A stretch of DNA of 64,000 bases. Source: Sminthopsis crassicaudata (lineage: Eukaryota). The position numbers were made by a program, and so were the translations under genes. Within the stretch, counting starts at the first letter, position 1. Each line of letters begins with the position of its first letter. The notes below the pieces were generated by a model. That model searched no databases. It was not told the origin of the DNA and saw only the letters and a list, made by a program, of their open reading frames with translations. The stretch is from the NCBI RefSeq assembly GCF_048593235.1, contig NC_133622.1:193533198-193597197 (forward strand), read 5' to 3'. This document shows, piece after piece, positions 11,173-33,562 of this stretch.

Positions 11173-12234
11173 GTGCCTGAGCTTGCTCCTCTATCCTCCC
11201 ACCTCTTCCTGAATCCTTTTTCATGTTGCTCTCCCTTCAGATTGCAAGCTTCTTCAGGGCAAGAATTGTCTTTTTATTAATTGTATCCCATTCCTTAGCA
11301 CTATACCTTAAAGGAAATAGGCACTTATTGGACTGGATCGGATCCTCACACCAACCCTCAGGAGGCAGGCACTATTATAACCCCATTTTATAGAAGAGGA
11401 ATGGTTGACAGTGGAATCATCAAGCTCCCCACCAGAAAGACACACATCTAGAGACAGGGAGCGCACTACCTGCAGAGGTAATGCCTTACCTTCTTTGTTT
11501 TAGGTTTTATAAAGTGTTCTTGCTGGCGGTGGTCTTAGTTTGAGTGTTACAAACTTCACAAAATTTCAGAATCTGGGAGCTGAACGACTTCAGAAGCCTT
11601 CTAATCCAATCACTATTTCAACAATAATCCCTTCTGTTACCTCCAACTTTCTCTTGAAAAAAGCTGAAAAACTCACCACCTTCTGAAGAAACCCATTTCA
11701 CTTTCCTTCTCTCTAATAAATTTATTCTCACACCAAACCTAAATCTGACTCTCTGACATCCACCCACCAGCCCTAGTTCTGTCCTCTGGGACCTAATAAA
11801 ATAAAACTAATTCTTTTGCAAGAGACAATCCCCGAAGTTCCTGTTACCAGAGAGATCTCTCCTCCCGACTTAAACATCTCGCTCTTTTAGATGCTTGTTC
11901 ATGACCAAGGAGTGTGACTATCTAGACCAACCCCCTTCATTTTATAGAGGAGGAAATAGCTCCAGAGAGTTTAGATAACTGGGCAGATGTCACAGAGATA
12001 GTAACTGACAGGATTTGAATTCAGTTCCCAGATTTCAAATCAAATATAGTACTCTGTATTATAAGAACTTCAACGTGGCTGCCCTCATCTGGATAATCTC
12101 CAGTTAATCCACATCTTTCTCAAAAATGTTCTGGAATTGAACACTAAATTACAGACTAGAGTAGAATTTGGGAGGATGACCTCCTTCTTAGTCTTGAATC
12201 CTATCTCTTTCTTTATGCAACCTACAATTGAATA

Positions 12235-12272
<38 letters not shown>

Positions 12273-12429
12273 ATCGTATCATTCTATCCTGTTGACTCAT
12301 ATGGAGCTTGTAATCCACTAAAGCCCCAAAATATTTTTCAGATGAGTGATTATCTAGCTGTGTTTTCCTCCATCTTGTACTTGCAAAAGTCATTTTTTTT
12401 AATCCTTTATATAAAACTTTGCATTTAGT

Positions 12430-12680
12430 CCTATTAAATTTCATCTTATAGTCAGCCAGGGTTATTGCTTGTCAAGGTTTTGTTCTGTTTTCTTTTAGTT
12501 TGAAATGTGATTGTTATCCAACAAGTTAACTATCTCTCCCAGCTTTGTAATCTCAAATTTTAGTGAGCATCCCATCTATCCCTGTATCAAAGTCCATGAA
12601 AAAAATGTCAGAGGGCACAAGGTCAAGGAGAAATAGATCCCTGGGGCACTCCATTAGTGGCTTTCTTCTAAGAAGTTGAT
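12430..12680 (-). mobile_element. Old CR1/L3-type LINE fragment
   Basis: Degenerate similarity to the CR1 reverse-transcriptase region (ctaatggagtgccccagggatc... on -). Boundaries approximate. Confidence 0.45.
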
Positions 12681-13887
12681 ATACAACTCTAGTTGGTGCT
12701 TGAGTACTGCGTTTCACTTTGGAGGGAGTGGAGTGGGGAGAAAAAGGCAGCTGAATGATTCAGGAAATTGCCACAAAGGGAGAAATATTCCAAGACGGTA
12801 AATCCTATATTAGATTGGAGGATATGGAATTCATGTATGAGCACATTGGTCTAAGATTCTCTTTTTTCTTGCATTGTCCTTGACAGATTTGCTGATTTCC
12901 ATGCTGGGGATGGGAAGCAAAGCGTTGGGCAGGATTCCTGTTCACTGTATAAATGTTGCTGTTGTTGTTCACTTATGTCCAATTCTTTGGGATCCCATTT
13001 GGGGTTTTGGGGGCAGATATACTGGAGTGATTTGCTATTTGCTTTTCCAGATCATTTTACAGAAGGGGAAACTCAGGACTTGCTTACTGACACATCCACT
13101 AAGTGTCTGAGGCCAGATTTGAACTCAGGAAGAGGAATCTTCCTGGATCCAAACTGGGCCTCCTGTTCATTGTCCCACCTATTTGCCTTGTAACAACTAA
13201 CTTAAGGGGTCAGGACTGCTAAACTGGAGCAACCCAAGACCCTCTGTGAGTTACTTGGATTGCAGAAAGGGACATAACCATCACTATAGAGCCAAGATCT
13301 GACTCTGTAGGGTAGAAACACAACATTTTTCCTATTTTTTTTTTTAAACAACAAGGTCACAATGCTCAATACCTATTTTCCTGTGAATGTGGAGGGTTCT
13401 TTCAAATAGAAAGAGATGGTTCTAAGAAGGTTGTATTGATGTCAGATATGGATGACTACTGTTGCTTGGGAAAGCAGTCCTAAGAAAGTGGTGATCAGAG
13501 GAGATGGCATAGGGAAAAGAGTACAAGGGACCCCTGCCCTGGGGAGCAACCAATCAGGGCCCAGTAGGGAATAATGAGTCTGCACTGGGTAGCCAAGATA
13601 GGCATTTTCCCCAAACCTAATTGGCTGGTGCAAAGACTGGAAGATGGATCCACCTTCTGACACTTGACCCAAGGGGACATAGGTTCTCCCCAATGCTTTA
13701 AGATTTTCCCAAAACTTACTGGAAGTAAATGAGTCAATTTATGATTAAAATCATCATACATTCTATACAAATGTCTTATTTTTCAACTGTAGACTAAGAG
13801 GAGAAAAACCAGAACCAAGACACTAGGAGATGGAGATCCTGAAAAAGCTCTTGAGCATTGGTGTTCAGTCAACTGTCTTTCATGAGA

Positions 13888-13890
<3 letters not shown>

Positions 13891-13938
<48 letters not shown>
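13891..13938. repeat. (TG)n microsatellite
   Basis: 24 TG units. Confidence 0.97.
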
Positions 13939-13940
<2 letters not shown>

Positions 13941-14074
13941 TTTCCTTTTAACTTTGAAATTCTGTAATTTTATGAAATATTCTTGATGAAATTTTGTGAT
14001 CACTGTTTTCTTTTAGTCACCAACCATCCTTTTCATAATCTGTGTTAGAATTTTCACAGCAAAACAATGTCTAC

Positions 14075-15100
14075 AGCCAGTGTTTTTGATAAAGGCCTCG
14101 TTTTAAAAATATATGGAGAACTGAATCAAATTAATAGGAATACAAGTCCCTAATTGATAAATGGTGAAAGAATATGAACAGATAATTTTAAGAAGAAATT
14201 AAAACTATCACATGAAAAAAAATTCTCTAAGCAAATTAAAACAACTCTGAGATACCACTTCACACCTCTTAGATTGGCTAAGGTGACAGAAAAAGATAAT
14301 GATAAATGTTGGAGGGATGTGGGAAAACTGGAACAGTAATGCATTGTTGGTGGAATTGTAAACTGATCCAACTATTCTGAAGAACAATTTGGAACTATGT
14401 CCAAAGGGCTATAAAACTGTGTATACCCTTTGATCCAGCAGTGCCACTACAGAGTCTATTCCAAAGGGATTATAAAGGAGGGAAAAGGACCTACATGTGC
14501 TCTTTTTGCTGTGGCAAGGAATTGGAAATTGAGTGTATACCCATCATTTCAGGGATGAGTGAATAAGATGGGAGTATTTGAATGTAATGGAATACTACTG
14601 TTCTATGAGAAATGATGAGCAGGCTGACTGCAGAAAAGCCTAGGAAGACTTAAATTAACTGATCCTAAGTGAAGTGAGCAGAACACATAGTAACAGCAGC
14701 ATTGTGTGATGATCATCTATGACAGATGTAGCTCTTCTCAGCAGTACAATAATCCGAGATGATTCCAATAGACTTGGGATGGAAAATATCATTAGCATCC
14801 AGAGAAATAATTATGGACACTGAATATGAATCAAAGCATAGTCTTTTTCACCTTTTTTTTCCTTTCTTATGTTTTTCCCCTTTTGTTTTAATTTTCTCTT
14901 TCACAATAGGACTAATATGGAAATATATTTAAAATGATTACACATGTATAACCTATGTCAATATAAGTAAGAAATGTATAAATATGTACATATATATTAT
15001 ATATAATACAAAAATTTAGAACTCAAAATCTTACAAAAATTAATGTTAAAATTATCTTTATGTAATTGGAAAAAATAAAATACTTTTAAATGAAAAAAAA
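14075..15100 (+). mobile_element. 5'-truncated L1 LINE (ORF2 C-terminus plus 3'UTR), degenerate
   Basis: gagataccacttcacacctcttagattggc and tataccctttgatccagcagtgccactac match the L1 ORF2 Cys-rich end. Followed by a marsupial-type 3'UTR and an A-rich tail. Confidence 0.85.
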
Positions 15101-16574
15101 GGAAATTTCCCAGCAAAGTAGAGCTCATTGTCCTATAATTTGCAGACTATTTTTTCCTTTTTAAAAGAATTATGTATTTTCCTTTCATCAGTTGTATAGA
15201 ATGTTTTTCTAACATTTCATTTTTTTTGTGATCAAAAATCACTTTTTATGATCGCACCTCCTAATTCCTTCCTTACTCCAGGCTTCACAGGGAAGCAAAG
15301 GCTCTGTAGTCAGAAGACCTCTCTGACACCATATTTGTGACGTTGGACAAGTCACTTGATTTTCTTGATCTGTAAAATGAAACAGTTGGAACCTCTGAGG
15401 TCCTTTCCAGCTCTAAATCTGTGATTGATAAAGATAGGTCATCTGGACCAGGGACTTGAGTTCATAAAGGATTCTTTTATTATATTCCTACTTATCCTGG
15501 ACATTGATGCCATATCGACTATTTTTATAATCCACAGGTCATTCTTGGCAGAGGAAACAAACAAAATAAGAGTAATTCTGTTCTGTATTCTCACCCTAGT
15601 CTCTTCCTTGATTCCCATCTTTTCCCCAGTATATCCAAAAATCAATCCCCTTTCCCCCCTCACTCTTACTTGTCTTCCTCATCCTTCCCTCATGTTGAAC
15701 TTTAGCATTCCTGAAACCTTCTTACCTTAACATACTATAACTTTCTATTTATCTACTATTACATATTTTTGATTTCACCGTCTGTATGTCTTTTTTTTTT
15801 TAACCTAAATTAGTTGATATATTTTGCAATGGTATCTTCTGACAACTCCCACTTTTCTTCCTTATCAGAGGGCATATTAGAAAAGCATTCTGTGTAGTGG
15901 GGAAAGAGTTGGTTTGGGAGTCAAAAGAGACTGAGTTCAAATCTGATCTTTGGTTGTTTGAGTTCCATTGCTATGGGTTTATTCATATGTTAAAAGGGGG
16001 ATAATAGTCTGACAATATTTATTTGTCAGGGTTCTTGCAAAGATCAAATGAAGTAAAGTGTGCAAATCATTTTGCAAATCTTAAAGTATCATATGTCAGT
16101 TAGAATTATTGGGATTGCTTATCTTTGTGAATTCTAAATTTCATTCCTGAGAATGCTGAGAATTCTTGAGTTGATTTTCCTTGTAAAATTTTTAATCCCT
16201 GGGATCCTCCTAATCCTTCTCTGAATGCTTTTGAAATCTCTTTTCCCAGAATCAGATTCATATCAGACTATGCTTGGATTTCCAGCATCACAAATCACAA
16301 ATTCTAAGATGGAGTAGTCACTTCCCATAATCTTCACCTCTGTAACTAATATGAGTGAGAATCGGATTCAAGATAGAAGTTACCCTTTTTTATGCTACCA
16401 TATTTTAAAAGATGAAGTAATCCACAAGTGAAATTAAGAAATTCTTAGCTTTTCACTTTATGGCAAAGTAAGACACAGAACATAGGCATAGAAAATGAGA
16501 ATACCATCTAAGTAAATCAAGAATTTTTCAGCTGCCTTTCTTTTAAAATGTCTATGGTCTTTCTTGGGCAATTA

Positions 16575-16690
16575 GATGATGTATTGTATAGAGCACTGGC
16601 CCTGAAGTCTGGAGGATCTGAGTTCAAGTCCAGCCTCAGGCACTTAACACTTCCTAGCTCTGTGTCCCTGGGCAGGTTACTTAACCCCCA
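16575..16690 (+). mobile_element. tRNA-derived marsupial SINE (WSINE1-like), diverged
   Basis: tagagcactggccctgaagtctggaggatctgagttcaagtcc...acttaacacttcctagc. Confidence 0.75.
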
Positions 16691-19606
16691 AAATGTCAAT
16701 GGAAAGTGAGAGAGGGAAAGAAGAGAGAGTAGAGATGAGGATGAAGGGAAGAAGGAAGTGGGGGAGAAGAGGAGTGGAGAAGAAAGGAGAGGAAAAGAGA
16801 AGAAAATGAAAAAAGAGACAGAAGAAAAAGACATGAGAAAGAGAAGGCAAAAAGAAGAGAGTTGAAATGTTCCATCAATACTAGCTGTAGCTATCAGCCC
16901 TCTCTATATCTGTATCCTGAACTCCCCATCTAGTTCCTCTTTTCTCTTCAATATACACACTAGTACGGAGAGGAGTAAACTATAAAGTTCTATCTTTTCA
17001 ATAGTACAAAACTTGAGGAGCTGAGGCGTGGTGAAGGGGCAATCTATAATTCTGTTTTCCCTGAGATGTTTGTAAAATACTTAGCACAAATCCTGGCATG
17101 TAGTAGGTACCTAGTAAATGCCTTTTGCCTCCCTTATATTATAAGTCATGTTGACTAGAGGGGTCCCTGATGACACAGGAACGAAGAGAAGAAAAGAGAT
17201 TTTCTCAATTATTTATGGGCTCTGGTATGAATCCTTTTTGTTTGCTGTCAGGTCAAATAAAGTTTTAATATCTTGTTATTCCAAGTGATGAGCTGAGGGA
17301 GTTTCCTCCTCCTCCCCTGCCTTATTATTATTATTTTTTTGAGACATCTGTGAACCAAATGGAAAAACCCAACGTAGGGACATGAGTTCTCAAGACTGGT
17401 AACTAAAAAATCCTCATACTTGAATTTGGAATATGTAAGTCCAGAGTTCTAGTAATTGGTCACAGATTACAAGTATGCTCTGTACTTTTTTAAATGTTAT
17501 TTGAAACAAAAAAATAATATATATATATACATTCCTACACATATAATAAGAAACAAATTATGCATTTTCTCAATCAGTGGATACTAATATACAACTATTT
17601 TCATGTGGAGCCAAATATTTCTGACATTAAAAGGGGTATGTTTTCATATGTAATAGTTTCTAGACCATAGATTTGGGGAGTTAGGGACATCTAGTGTGGG
17701 AGTGAGGAATTTTCTTTGATCCATAAGTCTAATGACTTTTCCCTGATGTTTTATTTCTGAGTCTATTTATTCTTTCTTCTCATAAATAAACCCTAGGAAG
17801 CACACTCATATAGCCTAGTGTGCTCACCAAGGGGAAACCATCCATAGAGCATCCAGTGATTAAAGCAGTAACAGAAGGGAATAAAATAATTAAAGATCAA
17901 GTAGGTCTGAACCTATGGAATGGGGATGGGGATGGGTTGAGGGGATTCTGGTCTTCAGATTGGAATCTGGATTAAGATCTAGAACAGTGAAGATGAAAGC
18001 TCTGAGACTGGGAGCGTCCTGGACTGATCTGAGTCTTTGTTCCTAGAATTGGGGGCTTCACAACTTGCTCCTACATAGCTCAGTCAAGTAGGGACCAAGA
18101 TCACAGTAAAGATAAATAACTAGATTGAACCTGATTCGTGCATATAAGAAATCCTGACAAAGTGCAAGGATTTGGGAAAGTTTCAGCAAAGGGCAAAATC
18201 ATTTCACGATTGGAGGAGTTTGGGAAGGCTTGGTAAAGGAGATGGCAACTCAGGTGGACATTAAAGGGCAAGTTAGACTTCCTAGAGAAAGATAGAGAAG
18301 AAGGGTGTTATGGGATAAGGTACAGCTTGTGCAAAGGTAGAAAGGCTGGAAAACATAAGAGCAGAAAGAAGCCCAGTTTTTTGCTTTGTTTTGTTTAAAG
18401 TCTAATTTGCTACAATGGGATATCTCAGAAGATACAATTACTGTGCTTAGTTACAATCCAGCTTAATTATGTTTCTTTCTTAATCACTTAGCTTTATGCC
18501 CGGGTCAGTATGGTTCTTTCTCAGACCCCTGATTATTGACAAAAGCAAAGTATTTTAACAGCTTGAAAAGACTGGATCAATGCAATGGTCAACTGTGATT
18601 CTAGAGGAACGGTCCTCCCCACCTCCTCACAGATCTAGCAGGAAACACACATTTCTGGACATGGCCCAAAACCCAGAAATTTGTTTTGCTTGACTCAGCA
18701 TATTTATTAAAAGGGTTTTGTTTTCCTTCTAAATGGGGTCAAGAGGAAAAGGAAAAGCAGAAAGAAAGCAAATGCTAGCTGATCAAAAAATAGAAGTAAA
18801 AACAAAAACAAAGTTTTAGGGGCCGATTTTCCAGAAACAAGCCCTGGAGATCAGGCTAAACAAGAATGATCTAGTTTGGCAGATCCAAGAACCAACACAT
18901 TAATGATGATGATGTGAATTCAGCCGGGGAAAAAAGTTGATTGGAATCTGACTAAGGAGGTTGCATAGCATTTCCTGCCTTTCCAGCCTGGAGAACTGAG
19001 TTTAAACCTTCCTGTCACTTAGAATTGCGAGGCCTTAGGCAAGTAATTGCTTAACCTCTCATCCTCCAGTTCCTCTTCCATAAAATGGGAATAATAATAA
19101 TAGCATTTACCCACCAGGTTGTGGATAGGATCAAAAGATTTGTTTTTATCATGTACAGCCTTTGTAAACCTTAAGGCTGGTATCAATGTTAAGTTTGACT
19201 ATTATTTAGGGAGCAAATGGAGTCGCTGAAGATTTTAAAGTAGGAGAGTGAAGTAACCAGATCTGTGCAGAAAGATGGATGGAATGAATGCAGGAGAAGG
19301 CGGCAGGGGCTTGGTCTGAGTCAAATCAATAAAATTGGGGGGGGGAAACCCCACCCCTCCGCCGGCAGGAGAATCATAGTTTTCTGTGTCTGTCTCTTAG
19401 CTTCCTCCTGAGCCCTGAGCTCCATAGGGCAGGGATGTGTGAATCATGTACCAACGTTCTCCTGGCTCTTGCTCAGGTACTTAACAACAGGTACTTAAAG
19501 CTTAAATGAACGCAAACTAATAAGTGAGAGAACGAATGAGGGCGATGGCACTAGTTGGGAAGGCCCGAGTCACAATCACTGACACACGTGGTGGTGACAT
19601 GAAGGC

Positions 19607-19612
19607 TTTAAT
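19607..19612 (-). terminator. Candidate polyadenylation signal (ATTAAA) of CPXM1
   Basis: tttaat on + is ATTAAA on -, about 30 nt after the stop codon. Confidence 0.5.
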
Positions 19613-19640
19613 CCAGGTCCCGCCTGTAAGAGCCCCCCCG

Positions 19641-29211
<9,571 letters not shown>

Positions 29212-30958
29212 GGCCGAGGCATGGAGCGGGGAGACGAGGGGATGGACTGGGGGGAAAGCCGTGTGGCGTCCGTCCGTCAGTCGGTCCGTAGATCTGAGTC
29301 TCCCTCCGGGGCCGAGCTCCTTTCACTGCGCTGCCCCTCCCCCTTGCCCCTCGCCTCCGCCCCTTCCTCCTGTTCTCCCCTTCCCTCTGACTTGTCCCAA
29401 CCCAGAAAGTGAGGGGAGGTTGTTGCTGACCCGCTCTGAGCTCAGATCTCTCCCCCGACCAGCGCCCCTTCGAAATGGAATAAAAAGCCGGGAAACTGAG
29501 GTTTCTCGAATATTCCTCTAGTCATCTTCCCCATCCCTAGTTCTGCCAGTAACCTCTAGGTAGGGAAATCCAGGAGGCTAAATTGGGAGAAGATGGGAAG
29601 GAGGGAGGGGAGGGAAGGGGGGAAGGGAGAGGGAGGAGAGATAGGAGGAGGGAAGCTCATCCACGTGCCAGGTTCTATCTACAACTTGCCACGCCCTCTT
29701 CTTCGGGCTGTCCAGGCTCCCAACCCCCCTTTTCTATCTGCTGGAGATGGAAGGGATGCTCCGCCCGGAGGGTCCTTTTCCATTGCGGCCGCAAGGCTCC
29801 AGCAGGGGGCGGGGCTGTGGGAGGAGAATGACCCTGTGGGGCCTGGAAGAGGGGGATTAGAGGGGATGGGGGAGGGGATTTTGCTCGGGGAAAGACCCTG
29901 GCAGTTAAGAAATGTAGGAAAAACCAAGCTCCTGGTGCCCAACGCGACCGTACCGGCCACCATTTCTAGGAGAGTGTGGAAGAGGAAGGAAACTGAGGCT
30001 GCGGGAAGTATGTGGGAGGTGGGAAACGGAGACTTCCATCTTTGTTCAAAGTCTGGCTCGAGGACTGGAGGCGAACACTGGCATCGGAGCTCTCCATCCC
30101 ACTTTCCTTCCCTCCGCCCCCACCATCTGCCACGTTCCCGGTTATGTAACTACAGCTGAGGCTGCAGATGCAGAAGGGAGGGAACCGGGCCCGACAGATG
30201 CGGGAGGGGGCGGGGCCGGCTGGGAGCTGGGGGGCTTTCGGCCGGCTCTAGAAGCTCTAAATCCCTCCGCTCTAAAAATTCTACCTGAGTCCAACGGAAC
30301 GGTTTCAGTCATTCTCTTCCTTCTTTGCCATCTCCTTAAGACCCGGGGAGGATTCCCCTCTAATTTCATAAACATTTATTGGATAAAAACCGCACATTAA
30401 CGACCCTCAAGGAACTTGTGTTCTCTAGGGTTGGATGGGGGTTGGAGGGCTATCCCCTGCATCCGAAAACTCGATCTCTTCCATCAGCCCCACCCGGTTC
30501 CGCTCCTAAGGTTGCCCCCCACCCACCCACCCGCTCAATGGGGTCACAATAGGATCAGAGTCGCCTCCCAGGAGCTGGGACTGGCCTGGAGAAGAGGGGC
30601 CTGGGCAGTTCCAAAAGCAGGGGTGAGACCTCGGCCCCCGGAAGGGGGTTGGTTAAGGCGTTCGCGGGCGAGCTCCTGGAGGGCGGAGGCGCCAAACGTG
30701 GAGGCCCCGGGGATGTGGGGGTCCAGGCTGAAGATGGAGAGGCCGAGCTAAAGCCGGGAGGAGGAGCTGAGATGGGAGAAAAAGGACTAAGACTAGGGGC
30801 GGAGAGAAGATTTAGCTTCGGGGAGAGGCGGGCGGAGCCGGTCTTGGAGGGGCGGTGCTTTATGGATCTCCTCTCCACCCTCCAGCCCCCAACCCAGCTC
30901 CTCCATTCCATCTGGGGCTGGCTGAGTCCCGGGCCCCGCGGGGTCATCCACGGCGGGA
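29212..30958. promoter_or_regulatory. GC/CpG-rich divergent promoter region between CPXM1 (-) and the unrecognised gene (+)
   Basis: GC boxes at 30206-30215, 30796-30804, 30830-30837 and 30849-30857; CpG-rich patches; two divergent ATGs 1748 bp apart. Confidence 0.6.
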
Positions 30959-31041
30959 ATGAACAGGAAAAAGACAAATTGGGACCAGCAGCTGAGGTCT
31001 GGCAACAATGATAACTCCCGTAGTCCTCCGCCCTCGAGTGT
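30959..31041 (+). CDS. Unrecognised gene, coding exon 1 (MNRKKTNWDQQLRSGNNDNSRSPPPSS V|)
   Basis: ATG with G at -3 (gcgggaATGA), about 100 nt after three GC boxes. Open frame up to the donor GT|GTGAGT at 31041/31042 (phase 2), which fits exon 2. Confidence 0.6.
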
Positions 31042-31424
31042 GTGAGTGACGGAAGCTTGTGGCCAGATGCTCCCCCAGAAGTTCCCGGCCCTATCACTCC
31101 ACTCTCCCAGGAGGAGCCCACTTGCCTTTCTAGACCCCCCCAACTCTGCTCTCTACACCTTCCCTGACCCTCAACTGGCCCACTCCTCCGTGCCCCATTC
31201 CCAGTCTCTTAGGATCCTATGATTTCAAAAGACCAGGCTAGGTTTTTGCCCTGAATCCGGGGACAGAGGAGGGGTTGGTGGGAGGGGGAGAACTTTGCGG
31301 GGGGCGGGGATTGGGGAATGGGATTTGAGAAGTGAAGCGCCCACAGCCGGCTGCTGCCCTCTGTCCGACACATAATCCCCTGCTCCACTTTCCGTGCCTA
31401 TCGTGCTGTGTGCCCCCCCCCCAG

Positions 31425-32016
31425 GTCCCAGAATTTGCAGGAGTACCCGGAGAGCGTGAGGAATACCCCACGCCCGCGGTGCAGAGGCAGGAGGAGGAAT
31501 ATTCGGTGCCGAAAATGGATTGAGGAATGTGCGAAGGCGTGCACTACCGGCGAAGACAGGGACCGAAACAAGGACCGGGACCAAGATGGGGACAGGGACC
31601 TGGACGACGACGACGACGGGGACGAGGACGGGGACGGGGACGCGGACGAGATTGGGGATGGGGATGGGGATGGGGACGCGGATGGAGATGGGGACGGGGA
31701 GGGGGACAGCTCCACGTGGCAGATTCAGTGCTCCAGCCAACCCAGCCAGTGCTGCACCGGCAGCAGCTACCTTTCCTCCGAAACCCGTCGGACGAGGCAC
31801 CCCGAGGCCTTCGGCTTGCACTGGCCTCATCCTCTGGAGCTGGCCCTGGACTTGTCCGCCGGCCTGGCCCTGCTGTCCTTGCTGGGAGAAGGGGGCTCAG
31901 AAATGATGCTGCCGCCCTTGTTCCTCTTTATCCTTTACCTGTTGCTCACCATGCCCTTGGCGATGGTGCTCGGCTGCAGGAAACGAAATCGAAGGCTGAC
32001 TTGGAGGGAGGGTTAA
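31425..32016 (+). CDS. Unrecognised gene, coding exon 2: basic/Cys segment, Asp-Gly acidic repeat, C-terminal hydrophobic hairpin (spliced protein 224 aa)
   Basis: Acceptor tgcccccccccccag|G at 31423-31424; 592 nt open to TAA. The hairpin LELALDLSAGLALLSLLGEGGSEMMLPPLFLFILYLLLTMPLAMVLG is followed by the basic stretch RKRNRR. AATAAA at 32269. Confidence 0.7.
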
Positions 32017-32268
32017 TCCAGAGCCTGGGTCTAGTACACGCTCAGCCCCGAACGCAGGGAGCTCTCCTCCGAAAGCAGACCAAATATTGAAGTCCATATC
32101 TGGAATACAGAGCCCCGATCGGAAGACAGATCCGATCTCCTTAATCTCTGCCTGACCTCCAACAAGAATCTTGCATTGGAAAGCAAGCACGGGAGCCCAA
32201 CACATAGCCCGAGTACAATGGATCCCAGACCCAAACAGGACTCAGACTGGAATACACCTGGTAAAAGC

Positions 32269-32274
32269 AATAAA
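32269..32274 (+). terminator. Candidate polyadenylation signal (AATAAA) of the unrecognised gene
   Basis: gcAATAAAgg about 250 nt after the stop at 32016. Confidence 0.55.
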
Positions 32275-32639
32275 GGGGCCCTGACCCAGCTGCCTCTCAG
32301 TATTTCGTCCTGCTGGATTGGGGATGGAAAAGGGGGCGGGGGAGGGGGATGTCATAGTGTTCTGTTGACTTCCAAAAACAGGCAATGGGGACTTGTGATG
32401 CTAGGTCTAACCATATGGATGAGACCAATAATTTCAAGGTTTGCAAATTACTTTTCTCAAATCAACCCTAAAGTAGGAATTATACCCAATTTACAGTTGG
32501 GGAAACTGAGATTCATATAGATTAAGCAACTTGCCCAATCTCCCCTAAATATAGTATGCTTTCCTCTAAGCTTCTCTACTATTTTAGATCTCAATTTATT
32601 TGATGAGGAACAAAATTTGAGAGACATGCTGGTGGGTTT

Positions 32640-33562
32640 TTGTTTTATTTTAATAGCATTTTATTTTTCTAAAACATGCAAAAATAGTTTTCAAAATTCA
32701 CCTTTTGCAAAACTTTGTGTTCCAAATTTTTCTCTTCTCCTTGCCCTCCAGAAGACAGCAATCAATTTGATATAGGTTAAACACGTACAATTCTTCTAGA
32801 TATATTTCTATATTCTATATATTCCATATTCATCATGAACACACAAAATCAGATCAAAATTATGAGAAAGGAAAAAAAAAGCAAACAACAAAATGGTGAA
32901 AATGTTATGCTTTGATCCACATTCAGTCTATAATTCTCTTCTCTGGATGTGGATGGCACTTTCCAACCCAAAGTCTATTTGAATTGCCTTGAAGTACCTC
33001 ATTCTTGAAAAGAACCAAGTACATCATAGTTGATCATCCCATGATCTTGTTACTGTGTACAATGTTCTCTTGGTTCTGCTCACTTCACTCAGCATCAGTT
33101 CATGTAAGTCTTTCCAGGCTTTTCTGAAACCAGCTGCCGGTCATTTATTAGCAATAATATTCTATTACATTCACATACCACAATTTACCCAACCATTCCC
33201 CAACTGATGGGCATCCACTCAGTTTCCAGTTTCTCACCACTACAAAAAGGGCTGCCACAAACATTTTTGCACATGTGGGTCCCTTTCCCTCCTGTATGAT
33301 CTCTTTAGGATATAAGCCTAGTAGTAACACTGCAGGATCAAAGGGTATGTACAGTTTGGGCATAGTTCCTAATTGCTCTCCAGAATGATTGCATCAGACT
33401 ACAACTCAACCAACAAAAGTCCCCAGTTTTCCCACATCCCCTCAAACATTTATTTTTATCTTTTCCTGTCATCTTAGTCAATCTGAGAGGTGTGAAGTGG
33501 TGCCTCAGAATTATCTTAATTTGCATTTCTCTAATCAATAGTGATTTAGAGAATTTTTTTCA
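32640..33562 (-). mobile_element. 5'-truncated L1 LINE (ORF2 C-terminus plus 3'UTR)
   Basis: ORF 33148-33363 reads YIPFDPAVLLLGLYPKEII...CAKMFVAALFVV..WKLSGCPSVGEWL.KLWY, the L1 ORF2 C-terminus. Confidence 0.9.

Noticed and set aside
10815-11280. ORFs spanning N runs (also 23563-24023 and 53423-54127)
   Set aside because: Artefacts of assembly gaps.
30649-31011. 120-aa + ORF (MVKAFAGELL...) next to CPXM1
   Set aside because: It starts at TTG, runs through the GC-box cluster that looks like the promoter, and overlaps the better-supported exon 30959-31041 in another frame. Its possible donor at 30997 leads to an early stop.
31225-32090. Overlapping ORFs 31225-31830 (-), 31398-31715 (-), 31520-31906 (+) and 31527-32090 (+)
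   Set aside because: Shadow frames of the stop-free G-rich hexamer repeat. Only the 31408 frame joins the upstream exon and encodes the hydrophobic hairpin.
32009-32156. Open +1 frame just past the stop of the unrecognised gene, which a 1-bp indel would add as about 50 aa
   Set aside because: No independent evidence of an indel; GC-rich UTRs often have open frames. Worth revisiting only if orthologues are longer.
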